Assembly (NCBI GenBank): GCA_044345405.1
Contig: JBIJBE010000050.1
Coordinates: 1-23,136 of the forward strand
DNA: 23,136 nt
Source: Bdellovibrionota bacterium
GTDB lineage: Bacteria > Bdellovibrionota_C > UBA2361 > OMII01
Direction of reading: 5' to 3'
Position numbers and translations under genes: made by a program. The notes beneath the pieces were generated by a model. That model was not told the origin of the DNA. It worked only from the letters and a program-made list of their open reading frames with translations, and made no database searches. Below, piece by piece: positions 1 to 8,023 of the stretch. Numbering within the stretch: the first letter of the stretch is position 1; each line of letters starts with the position of its first letter.

Positions 1-612
1 AATGAAAGGTACCTTGGGCCCGATGAGGATTCGACGACGCCTGGGTTGCAGTCCAGCGCCGGAGACCTTCTTGGGAACTCTCCCGATGCGTTCGGGCTCT
101 TTGATTTCGACTTCTCGGGTGTGAAGGACGCGGATGGCGATGGCGTTCCGTCAGCCTCTGACCTCTTGGCCTCTGGAATGTCGCATTTCAGCAGCTACCT
201 ACGCTTCGCGGTTACGGATCCGCAGCGGTTCGCCGCCGCTCGTGACAACGACACGACGATCGGTAGCGTGGTGTTTCCAGCCGGAGATGGGCAAAACGCT
301 GTCGGACTCGCCTCCCTGAAGCAGGAGGTTCGTAACCTCTCGAGCGGCACCTTTTCACTCACCGGTACGTTCGACGAACTCTATTCATCGACGGTTAACT
401 ACGTTGGGGCCACGAAGTCAAAAGCTGAGACTGATGTGGCGGTAGCTAAGGCGGCGCAAGTATCGGCGCAATCCAAGCGCGATGAGTTGTCCGCGGTGAG
501 TCTGGACGAGGAGTTCGCCAACCTTATTAAGTACCAAAAGGCGTTCCAAGCTTCAGCCCGAATTATCAAAACAGCGAGTGACATGCTTGATCAACTGGTA
601 GCCCTCATATGA
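1..612 (+). CDS. flgK: Flagellar hook-associated protein 1, C-terminal part (5' end lies outside the window)
   Basis: Frame is open from base 1. It has the FlgK C-terminal signature GDGQNAVGLASL...SAVSLDEEFANLIKYQKAFQASARIIKTASDMLDQLV. The TGA overlaps the flgL ATG (ATGA, 609-612). Confidence 0.93.
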   Translation, partial: NERYLGPDEDSTTPGLQSSAGDLLGNSPDAFGLFDFDFSGVKDADGDGVPSASDLLASGMSHFSSYLRFAVTDPQRFAAARDNDTTIGSVVFPAGDGQNAVGLASLKQEVRNLSSGTFSLTGTFDELYSSTVNYVGATKSKAETDVAVAKAAQVSAQSKRDELSAVSLDEEFANLIKYQKAFQASARIIKTASDMLDQLVALI

Positions 613-1595
613 CACGAATATCTGAGAGTCAATTTACGCGTAGTTTGATCGAACATACGGCGAGTAATAAGGCCCGGGTTGATAAGTACTCGGAGCAGGT
701 CGCCACAGGCATCAAGGCCGCGCTTCCAAGCGATTCTACGGATTCCGGGGTAATCTCCCGCTATAAGCAGCAGCTGGATCGCATCGATGGCTACATGACC
801 ACGATCTCTCGGGTAAAGAGCTACGTGCAGTTTCAGGATGACGCCCTGAGTCAGATGGATGAGCTCATTCTTCGCGCGAAAGAGATCGCCTCCCAGGGCG
901 CGAACGAATCCTTAACTCCGAGCGCTCGAGCGTTTCTCGCGGAGGAGGTGTTCCAGATTCGTGACCAGGTAGTGGGGCTTGGGAACTCCTCATATCAGGG
1001 GCGATTCGTGTACGGCGGGGCGGATGATGATGACCCACCCTTCGACGCGACCGAGTACGTTGAGCCGGTAACGGGACCCGCCTCGGTGAAGTATGAATTC
1101 GACGCGGAGCTCGGGACCTCGCAGCAACGTTTGGTGCATATTACCGACGATGTGACCGTGACCATGAACACACCGGGAGGAGATGTTTTTGGAACGAGCA
1201 TTGAGGCCCTTGAGCGACTCGGTCGGGCGCTTTCTGGATACATGACAACGCCCTCCTCAGGAAGTCCGGATGGTGGAGGAGCCGCGTATAACTTTCCAAC
1301 TGACTATACTCAGCAGACCGCTGATATTAAGTATACGATCGATCTTCTTAACCGGGCTCGGGATGAGGATATCCTACCGGAACGTACGATGCTCGGAGGT
1401 AAGATGCGGCGTCTTGAGACCGCAGAGGCGCTTTTGAGCCTTTCCAAGACCTCGGCGCAGGAGGTTCTCTCCAAGATTCAGAACGCTGATGAGACCGAGT
1501 CTGTCGCAAACCTCACTCAGGCTCAGACAGCCCTACAGGCTTCGTATTCAGTGACGGCGAAAGCCCTGCGCTTGACTATCATGGACTATATTTAG
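609..1595 (+). CDS. flgL: Flagellar hook-associated protein 3 (flagellin-family hook-filament junction protein)
   Basis: N-terminal MTRIS...EQVATG...PSD, GN....GRFVYGG, and a flagellin-like C-terminus LQASYSVTAKALRLTIMDYI. Directly after flgK, the canonical order. Confidence 0.92.
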   Translation: MTRISESQFTRSLIEHTASNKARVDKYSEQVATGIKAALPSDSTDSGVISRYKQQLDRIDGYMTTISRVKSYVQFQDDALSQMDELILRAKEIASQGANESLTPSARAFLAEEVFQIRDQVVGLGNSSYQGRFVYGGADDDDPPFDATEYVEPVTGPASVKYEFDAELGTSQQRLVHITDDVTVTMNTPGGDVFGTSIEALERLGRALSGYMTTPSSGSPDGGGAAYNFPTDYTQQTADIKYTIDLLNRARDEDILPERTMLGGKMRRLETAEALLSLSKTSAQEVLSKIQNADETESVANLTQAQTALQASYSVTAKALRLTIMDYI

Positions 1596-1704
1596 CCCGT
1601 TACCTGGTCGGCATTGAGGTACCTATCTCGTTGGGGTAGTCTCTCCCAACTGCCACGGATCTTCCCACCATTCGCGCGCTTTTAACGTGCAAAGGAATAG
1701 GTAT

Positions 1705-2295
1705 ATGACAGCCTCAGACCTTTTTGACATTCGTTCTACCCTATGGAAGGAGGCGTTCGCTGACGCTCTTCCGTACTCAGACTACGTGAAGACCGGAACA
1801 TCGACCCAACAGGAGCGTTGGCAGGCGTATCGAGAGAGTGTCTCTCTTACAAATGACCAAAGAGATAGAGCGAAAGAATTTAAGCGTCGCCTGAACGTGC
1901 TCGTTCTCTCGGGGGTGTGGTGTGGAGATTGCGCCCGGCAGTGCCCCATGCTCGATCTGATTGGGTCGGCTTCTTCAAGTATCGAAATTCGATTTCTGGA
2001 TAACCAGGCGAATCCGCGTGTTCGGGATGAGTTGCGGATTCACGGCGCCTCTCGGGTGCCCGTGGTGGTTTTCCTTTCTGAGGATTTCTTTGAGGTCGGG
2101 AGATTCGGTGATCGACAGCTCGCCGCATACCGGCGTAAGGCTCGCACAGAACTAGGCGCGGCGTGTGACGCTGGAATCCTTCCTGCATCGGCGGACGAGC
2201 TCGTCGAGGAGGTCGCGCAATGGTTCGAGTGCTTCGAGCGAGAACAGCTCTTGCTTCGTCTCTCCCCATTCCTGCGGCGAAGACACAACGACTGA
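1705..2295 (+). CDS. Thioredoxin-family protein (WCGDC active site, Thioredoxin_9-like)
   Basis: VLVLSGVWCGDC redox motif at 1918-1932 and a cis-Pro-type loop RVPVVVF. ATG 1705 chosen because AAAGGA lies upstream; GTG 1687 is an alternative start. Confidence 0.85.
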   Translation: MTASDLFDIRSTLWKEAFADALPYSDYVKTGTSTQQERWQAYRESVSLTNDQRDRAKEFKRRLNVLVLSGVWCGDCARQCPMLDLIGSASSSIEIRFLDNQANPRVRDELRIHGASRVPVVVFLSEDFFEVGRFGDRQLAAYRRKARTELGAACDAGILPASADELVEEVAQWFECFEREQLLLRLSPFLRRRHND

Positions 2296-2304
2296 TCGGT
2301 TGGT

Positions 2305-3012
2305 ATGTCGAGACGAGTCGTCCTTATTCCTGTGTACAACGAGGAGCGTCACCTTGAGGGACTTCTTGCTCGACTTCGTCAGGTGTACCACGAGGATGTC
2401 CTGCTCATCGATGACGGCTCCGTTGATGGATCTCCGTGTATCCTCAAATCACTCAATGACGAGCGAACCCAAACCATATTGCAAGATCGTAACCGCGGCT
2501 ATGGCGCCACGCTAGTGGCCGGATTTCAGGAGGTGATTCGCCGTGGGTATGACTATGTAATCACGATGGACTCTGATGGACAGCATCGTCCAGACTGGAT
2601 CCCTAGCTTCTTCGACCTGATACCGGAGTGGGATATTGTGTCGGGAAGTCGTTATTGTCCGGAGAGCGACCGCACGGGAACCGTTCCTGAGGATCGTCGG
2701 CTCATTAACTCCCTCATCACCTCTCGAATCAATGAGATCGCAGGATTCTCGTTGACCGATTCTTTTTGTGGCTTCAAGGCGTATCAGGTTTCCGCGCTCG
2801 CCAAGCTCTCCATAACCGAATTTGGATACGCCATGCCTCTTCAAGTATGGATGCAAGCCAAGCATTTCGGCTTTCGAGTAACCGAGAGACCGGTTTCTCG
2901 GATTTATGACGATCCGAGTAGAAGATTCGGTGGCGATCTAGATAATCCCGAGGTACGGTTAAAGTTATACCTCGATACCTTAGAGAAGGAACGCGTTCGA
3001 TGGAATCTGTAG
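2305..3012 (+). CDS. Glycosyltransferase family 2 (DPM1/polyprenol-phosphate glycosyltransferase-like, no C-terminal transmembrane helices)
   Basis: Motifs IPVYNEE, DDGSVDGS, NRGYG, MDSDGQH (DxD), DIVSGSRY and LTDSFCGFKAY. Confidence 0.92.
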   Translation: MSRRVVLIPVYNEERHLEGLLARLRQVYHEDVLLIDDGSVDGSPCILKSLNDERTQTILQDRNRGYGATLVAGFQEVIRRGYDYVITMDSDGQHRPDWIPSFFDLIPEWDIVSGSRYCPESDRTGTVPEDRRLINSLITSRINEIAGFSLTDSFCGFKAYQVSALAKLSITEFGYAMPLQVWMQAKHFGFRVTERPVSRIYDDPSRRFGGDLDNPEVRLKLYLDTLEKERVRWNL

Positions 3013-3692
3013 CTCTCGTTATCTCGCCGCACCCCGACGACGCTGAGATCGCGATGGGGGGAACTATCGCCTCCTTGGTTCAGCAAGGGGTTCGGGTAGT
3101 GGTCGCGGACCTGACCAACGGAGAGCCAACACCATATGGATCTGTCGAGAAACGGGCCCAAGAGTCGGCCGCGGCTTCTAAGATCCTCGGAGTTTCAGAG
3201 CGACGCCTTCTCACCCTTAAGAACCGTGAGGTCTTCGATACCGTTGAAAATAGGTCTCTCGTAGCCGCGTTGATTCGGGAGATTCGTCCGCACCTTCTCT
3301 TTGGGCCGTATGGTGATGATGTGCATCCGGACCATGTGCAAGCGGCGGCGCTCGTTGAATCGGCCCGCTTCTACGCCAAATTCGTAAAGAGTGATCTTCC
3401 TCACGCTCCGTGGTACCCCCGCAAGCACCTGCACTTCTTTTCGACGCACATCAAGGTTCGTTTTCACCCCTCGTTTATCTTCGATATCTCCGCGCATCTT
3501 GACGCAAAGATGGCCGCGATTGAGGCGTATGAATCTCAGTTCGTCGCGCATGAGGGTAATCGACGACGTCTTGAGGAGATTCGGGCTGAGGCGTTGTATT
3601 GGGGACATCAGGTGGGCGCGAGCGCGGGGGAACCCTTCGTGTGTCGCGAAGCCATCAAGGTGGCGTCCTCTTCGGCGTTATTCAGTTTGTAG
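3000..3692 (+). CDS. bshB1: PIG-L/LmbE-family N-acetylglucosaminyl deacetylase, BshB1-like
   Basis: PHPDDAEIAMGGT zinc motif, LTNGE, R..E...A..ILG, HPDH, DIS..L..K..AI.AY.SQF and GEPF. Overlaps the GT2 gene by 13 nt. The family call is firm; the gene symbol is tentative. Confidence 0.8.
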   Translation: MESVALVISPHPDDAEIAMGGTIASLVQQGVRVVVADLTNGEPTPYGSVEKRAQESAAASKILGVSERRLLTLKNREVFDTVENRSLVAALIREIRPHLLFGPYGDDVHPDHVQAAALVESARFYAKFVKSDLPHAPWYPRKHLHFFSTHIKVRFHPSFIFDISAHLDAKMAAIEAYESQFVAHEGNRRRLEEIRAEALYWGHQVGASAGEPFVCREAIKVASSSALFSL

Positions 3693-3694
3693 GT

Positions 3695-5134
3695 ATGTCC
3701 GTTACGCTCAATCCACCATACGAAGAGTGGGGCGCGATACTTGCGTCAAATAGGGCGGTCGCGGCGGCGCTCCACAAGATCGTGGGCCAGAGCACTGTCG
3801 ACGCGGTTCGTCGGGATCTCTTGGAGGCTGCCGTCCAGTATCAGTCTGAGATTCGGGAGTGGGCGGGCCGACTCGGAATCTCGATTCTCGATCGATCGAG
3901 TGGTCGTCAACGAAATGAGGCCCCAATAGTGATGGCTGGTCATCAACCGGTCGTCTATCATCCGGGAATACTGGAGAAAACAAAACGTCTGCGGGCGCTT
4001 GCCGATGACGTGAGCGGTCTCGCTCTCAATATAGCGATAGACACCGATGAGGGAGATGGTGGTCGACTTCTGTGGCCGCTCGCGACCGGCGACGACGTTG
4101 TCATTAAACAAAAAAGCGTGAGTGCTGGTGGTGGCATCTATCGTGACCAACGAGTAGTGGCTCAAGGCGAGAGCGCGACGATATTCGGCGAGATGATTCA
4201 AGACCTCGGGGCCAGTGGATGCTCGTCAGCGATTGCGGGTGCTGAAGAGGCGGCTCGACTCTATGGAGCGTTGGCGGGGAAGCCGATCGTGCTCGCAAAC
4301 GCGATCGTACGAATGAGTCTCGGTGGCGAGGGATATGATGAGGTACCTCTCTCGCTCCTTGCTGAAGCGCCGAGCGTTCGTGAGTTCCTATATTCGATCG
4401 TACGAGACGGAGAACGCTTCACGGGTCTCTATAACGCCACACTTGAGAGGTACCGGGCGGAACACCGGATCAAGAATCCCGCCAATCCCTTCCCAAACAT
4501 GGATATGGGGGACGAGGAGATTGAGCTGCCTTTATGGGAGATCGTGGAAGGCTCACGAAAAGGGATCAGGATCCCTCGTGGTGGAACCTCACCTATCACT
4601 AATCTCATAGCTCCCCGGGGGAGTATCGTGACATTACTTCTTCGAGGACTATGCTGTGAGCTCTTTGTCCACGGGCTTGGCGGAGGAAAATACGACCACT
4701 TTGTGAACGCGTTCGCTAAGGCGTTGTGGGGAGCCCCGTTGCCCACCTTCGTGGTCGCAAGCGCGACGAAGTACCTGTTCCCCGCCCGGGTTGAGCGGTA
4801 TCTTCACGCCCGAGAGGTCAAAGCCAAATATAAGGAGATGGTGTCACATACCGCGGCGTTTATGGGACAGGGATTGTTCTCTCCTGAAGATGAGAAGTTG
4901 TTGGCGCCTCTTCTTGATCGCAGGCAAGAGCTGCTCCCGCGGATGCGACACGTTCAGTCTAAAGAGGAGCGAAGCGCTGTGGCGCATCAGCTTAATGAAG
5001 TTAATCGGCTCATTAAGTCGGGTATCGACGCTAGCTCTCTCGCTCCGCTGCTTGCCGAAGGGGGGATCGATGACGCCCGATTGAACCGATGGGCGTGTCG
5101 AGAATATCCGTTTTTCCTCTTTCGAGAGTTATAG
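3695..5134 (+). CDS. Uncharacterised protein, probably a distant BshC-like (cysteine-adding enzyme) homologue
   Basis: ATG lies 2 nt after the deacetylase stop; 479 aa. Motifs in order: PIVMAGHQP..YHPG...K, IDTD, FVHGLGGGKYD, a helical C-terminal region, then REYPFF. This parallels the BshC order TGQQ...GP...K / EDHD / Y.gGp.E..Y / coiled coil / QER. The CDS is certain; the family is inferred. Confidence 0.55.
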   Translation: MSVTLNPPYEEWGAILASNRAVAAALHKIVGQSTVDAVRRDLLEAAVQYQSEIREWAGRLGISILDRSSGRQRNEAPIVMAGHQPVVYHPGILEKTKRLRALADDVSGLALNIAIDTDEGDGGRLLWPLATGDDVVIKQKSVSAGGGIYRDQRVVAQGESATIFGEMIQDLGASGCSSAIAGAEEAARLYGALAGKPIVLANAIVRMSLGGEGYDEVPLSLLAEAPSVREFLYSIVRDGERFTGLYNATLERYRAEHRIKNPANPFPNMDMGDEEIELPLWEIVEGSRKGIRIPRGGTSPITNLIAPRGSIVTLLLRGLCCELFVHGLGGGKYDHFVNAFAKALWGAPLPTFVVASATKYLFPARVERYLHAREVKAKYKEMVSHTAAFMGQGLFSPEDEKLLAPLLDRRQELLPRMRHVQSKEERSAVAHQLNEVNRLIKSGIDASSLAPLLAEGGIDDARLNRWACREYPFFLFREL

Positions 5135-5230
5135 TTCGCCTCCATCGTCTAAGGCTCGCTGGAGAAAATCGCTGGCATTCGCCGGCCGGATCGGTCTACG
5201 CTAATGCAACGATGTAACCACGGAGGTTAT

Positions 5231-6256
5231 GTGACAGAGCTCGCCCAGTACAACCACCCTAACGATCCCGTTCGCCACTCGTATCCGCTCGCCATCGATG
5301 ACGCGGGGCTGGTGACCGCGGCTGGGCTCCTCATGAAGACCTTGCCCTACGTTTTCATGCGTTTCGCGTTGCTCGTCGCCGCTACCGTTATCACTGTGCT
5401 GTGGTTCGGCGTCACCTTCGGTGGAGCTGGGTTTCTCGGGAATAAGATTCATCCGTGGGTCGGATGGGGCTGGCTCATGGGAGGAGTGGGGCTCTATGGC
5501 TGGATATGGAGCGTATTCGTTCGATACGCCCTCTACCTCATTAAGTGCGGACATATCGCAGTCCTCACCGAGCTCATTACGAACGGAAAGGTCGGTAACG
5601 GCTCTGAGGGAATGTTCGAGTACGGAAAGAGGATCGTTACGGAGCGGTACGGTCAGGTGAATGTGCTCTTCGCGCTCGATATTCTTGTCGATGGGGTTGT
5701 GCGGGCGTTCAATCGCACCCTTGAGTGGATTAGTTCGATTATTCCGATCCCTGGGCTTCAAGCGGTAACCAATCTTGTAACCACTGTGCTTCACGCGGCG
5801 ACAACCTACCTCGATGAGACGATCTTCTCGTACAATCTCGCCCGTGGAGAGGACAATCCGTGGCGAGGTGGCAAGGACGGCATCATCTACTACTGCCAAA
5901 ACAACAAAGAGATCTTGAAAACCGCGGCATGGTGCGTTTTCTTTGACTATCTCCTCACCGGTGTGACGTGGCTCGTTATGTTGGCGCCCGCCGCGCTCTT
6001 CACCTACATCATGCCACTTGTTGGAGGATGGACCTTTCTTATCGCGGTCCTGTTCGCGCTGAACGTGAGACAAGCGTTCCTTCAACCTCTGTTCCTGATA
6101 ATGATTATGTCAAAGTTCCATCTCACGATCCGTGGACAGGCGATCGATGAGGAGTGGGACGCGAAGTTGACCTCGCTGACGCCGAAGTTTGTGAAGATTA
6201 AGGAGAAGATCTCCGGATATCTTCCTGGAAAGGGTCACGCGGCACCGAGTCTTTGA
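5231..6256 (+). CDS. Conserved-looking multi-pass membrane protein of unknown function
   Basis: Long ORF with several hydrophobic segments (e.g. FALLVAATVITVLWFGVTFGGAGFLG and LLTGVTWLVMLAPAALF). GGAGG at 5222-5226 precedes GTG 5231; ATG 5204 is an alternative start. Confidence 0.75.
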   Translation: MTELAQYNHPNDPVRHSYPLAIDDAGLVTAAGLLMKTLPYVFMRFALLVAATVITVLWFGVTFGGAGFLGNKIHPWVGWGWLMGGVGLYGWIWSVFVRYALYLIKCGHIAVLTELITNGKVGNGSEGMFEYGKRIVTERYGQVNVLFALDILVDGVVRAFNRTLEWISSIIPIPGLQAVTNLVTTVLHAATTYLDETIFSYNLARGEDNPWRGGKDGIIYYCQNNKEILKTAAWCVFFDYLLTGVTWLVMLAPAALFTYIMPLVGGWTFLIAVLFALNVRQAFLQPLFLIMIMSKFHLTIRGQAIDEEWDAKLTSLTPKFVKIKEKISGYLPGKGHAAPSL

Positions 6257-6271
6257 TTGATTGAAGCCCAT

Positions 6272-6940
6272 ATGTGGACCCTCTACCGACACACTAAGGG
6301 GATGTTGTACCTCAAACTTGGAACCGCGCTCCATTCAGAGAGCTGTGAGCCGATGGAGGTGTATCGCACCCTCTATGATAACGATATGGCGCCTGTATGG
6401 GCTCGACCTCAGTCCATGTTTCATGAGGAGGTCGCTCCTGGACAGAAACGATTCACAGAGGTCGGGCGGGTCCGGGTTATGATGCCGGAGGATGAGGCGA
6501 CCTACCTCGCGTTCGGATATGACGCATGGGGAGAGGGGGTGTCAGTTGATGAGTTCGTCGCCGCGTATGGGCGCGATAAGAACCACCTGCGGGGGACTCG
6601 ATATCTTTTGGAATCGCCGGAGGGTGAGCCGCTTGCGAACCTTAACACGCTCCGATTCGCACGGGGGCTCGTTGGCATAGCCTCCCTCTCGGTGAACCCC
6701 GCGGCTCGTGGTCAGGGCCATGGATCCGCGCTGGCGCGGGCGGTGATGGAGATCCTTCGAAGTGAAGATTCGACTATCCGGTTCATGTTGTACTCTGAGG
6801 TGAACCCAGCGATGTATGAGAGGCTCGGGTTCGCTCGTTTGCCGGATGCGCTGCAATTTCATCTTCCATCGGTCGCGATGATTGCCGGTAATGAGCCGGT
6901 AGCAGAACGGGAGGTAGGATTTTTGCGGGAGTATTTTTAG
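6272..6940 (+). CDS. DUF1653 domain fused to a GNAT N-acetyltransferase
   Basis: N-terminal YRHTKG..Y......HSE..E...VYRTLY......WARP..MF.......KRF matches the DUF1653 pattern. The C-terminus has GNAT motif A (IASLSVNPAARGQGHGSALAR) and motif B (MYERLGF). Confidence 0.75.
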   Translation: MWTLYRHTKGMLYLKLGTALHSESCEPMEVYRTLYDNDMAPVWARPQSMFHEEVAPGQKRFTEVGRVRVMMPEDEATYLAFGYDAWGEGVSVDEFVAAYGRDKNHLRGTRYLLESPEGEPLANLNTLRFARGLVGIASLSVNPAARGQGHGSALARAVMEILRSEDSTIRFMLYSEVNPAMYERLGFARLPDALQFHLPSVAMIAGNEPVAEREVGFLREYF

Positions 6941-6965
6941 CGGGCGTGATGGCGACCCGTGATGT

Positions 6966-7056
6966 GGGAGGGCGACCATTCCTGGTCGCCGAAATGCAAA
7001 GCATCGCGAACGACATCACGTATCGAAACACGGCGGTCAGGAATGACCGCCCTCCC
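6966..7056. repeat. REPIN-like inverted pair of 25-nt GGAG-type REP hairpins
   Basis: GGGAG-GGCGACCA-TTCC-TGGTCGCC at 6966-6990 (+) and GGGAG-GGCGGTCA-TTCC-TGACCGCC at 7032-7056 (-), separated by 41 nt. Lies between convergent genes. Confidence 0.85.
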
Positions 7057-7069
7057 GGTGTGCTCCAAG

Positions 7070-7978
7070 TCACACCGACGGAAAGATCCTCGACAGATCC
7101 TCATCCGGCTCATGCAAACTACAACTTCCAATGCTGAAGTGCCCGCTGGCCTTCGCCGTTCCAAGCTCTTTGATAGAGATGCTTAGATCTTTAAACCCAA
7201 GTCGCTCCCCGAACGAAAACGCCTTGGCGTCCTGATTGATAAGGATAGCTTCGAGGGTCTTGGCTGACATTTTCTCGCCAAGGCAACGATGCAACATCAC
7301 CCCCACACTGACATTGAGGAATCCCATCGGAAATGGATACCGCTCCGGCTCAACGATAGGGTGATGGAGCCCGCCCGTTACTTTGAGAGGAACGCCACCT
7401 TCGTTCGCGGCGATAATCGCCGCGGCGAATCGCTCAGGGGAGATTCCGGTCGGCCCGGTGAGTCGACACTTGAGCGCGGGGCGGAATGGGGCGGCGCGAA
7501 GGGTTTTGATGGTCGCCCTAAGATCGTCTCGCCATCCATCCACTGAAAGGTTCGGCTCAACGCAGAGAAGGATTCCATGCGACGCGCAGAAGGAGCCGTA
7601 TTGCTCGAGCGTTTCACCAAGAGACTGTGGAGATGTCTTAACCTCGAGCGAGCTTATGGTGACTGGCGGCTCCTTTTTCAGGAGCTGCGTCGCTTCATCT
7701 CGTACACGCTCAGAGTCTTCCGTCGCTAGAACGCACACACGGAAGGGGTTTCGAGCGGAATACGCGCCGAGGTTTACTCCCCGAAGTCTATGAGCGTGTT
7801 CGGTGTCGAGTACGATGTCACTCGCTACCATCCATGGTCGGTTGAGGGTGCCTGCTAAGGAGCAGGTCTCTTGCAGGGCCCCCTCAAATGAGCGCGCCGC
7901 GGGGGGGAACATCCCGGCATAGTCGAATAGGTTCCCGAGAAGGAGATGCAGTGTGTTCCCTTGGTCGAAATGTATCAT
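7070..7978 (-). CDS. Conserved hypothetical protein (DYAGMFPP / KxRxxG / KVTGGLHHP / GSCSxxEP motifs), downstream of hppD
   Basis: 302-aa ORF with enzyme-like conserved-looking motifs. Starts 45 nt after the hppD stop on the same strand. Confidence 0.8.
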   Translation of the reverse strand: MIHFDQGNTLHLLLGNLFDYAGMFPPAARSFEGALQETCSLAGTLNRPWMVASDIVLDTEHAHRLRGVNLGAYSARNPFRVCVLATEDSERVRDEATQLLKKEPPVTISSLEVKTSPQSLGETLEQYGSFCASHGILLCVEPNLSVDGWRDDLRATIKTLRAAPFRPALKCRLTGPTGISPERFAAAIIAANEGGVPLKVTGGLHHPIVEPERYPFPMGFLNVSVGVMLHRCLGEKMSAKTLEAILINQDAKAFSFGERLGFKDLSISIKELGTAKASGHFSIGSCSLHEPDEDLSRIFPSV

Positions 7979-8023
7979 TCGTTCTCCCCAGTGGATGGCT
8001 AGAGCTGACGCGGTGATCTGCAG

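Noticed and set aside
1630-1650. Hairpin GTTGGG...CCCAAC after flgL as an intrinsic terminator
   Set aside because: The stem is short and there is no U-tract, so support is insufficient.
2305-3012. Calling the glycosyltransferase bshA or arnC
   Set aside because: It has GT2/GT-A motifs, not the GT4 motifs of BshA, and it lacks the C-terminal transmembrane helices of ArnC/GtrB.
3599-3694. Upstream start for the BshC-like ORF given by the ORF track
   Set aside because: It would overlap the deacetylase gene by 94 nt. ATG 3695, just after the stop, is more plausible.
5201-6085. 294-aa minus-strand ORF
   Set aside because: It is the antisense shadow of the membrane-protein gene and has no protein-like motifs.
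6937-7186. Short ORFs sharing peptides (GGRPFLVAE, NTAVRNDRPPG) with ORFs at 9252-9712
   Set aside because: The shared peptides are simply translations of the REP repeats, and most of these ORFs overlap real genes.
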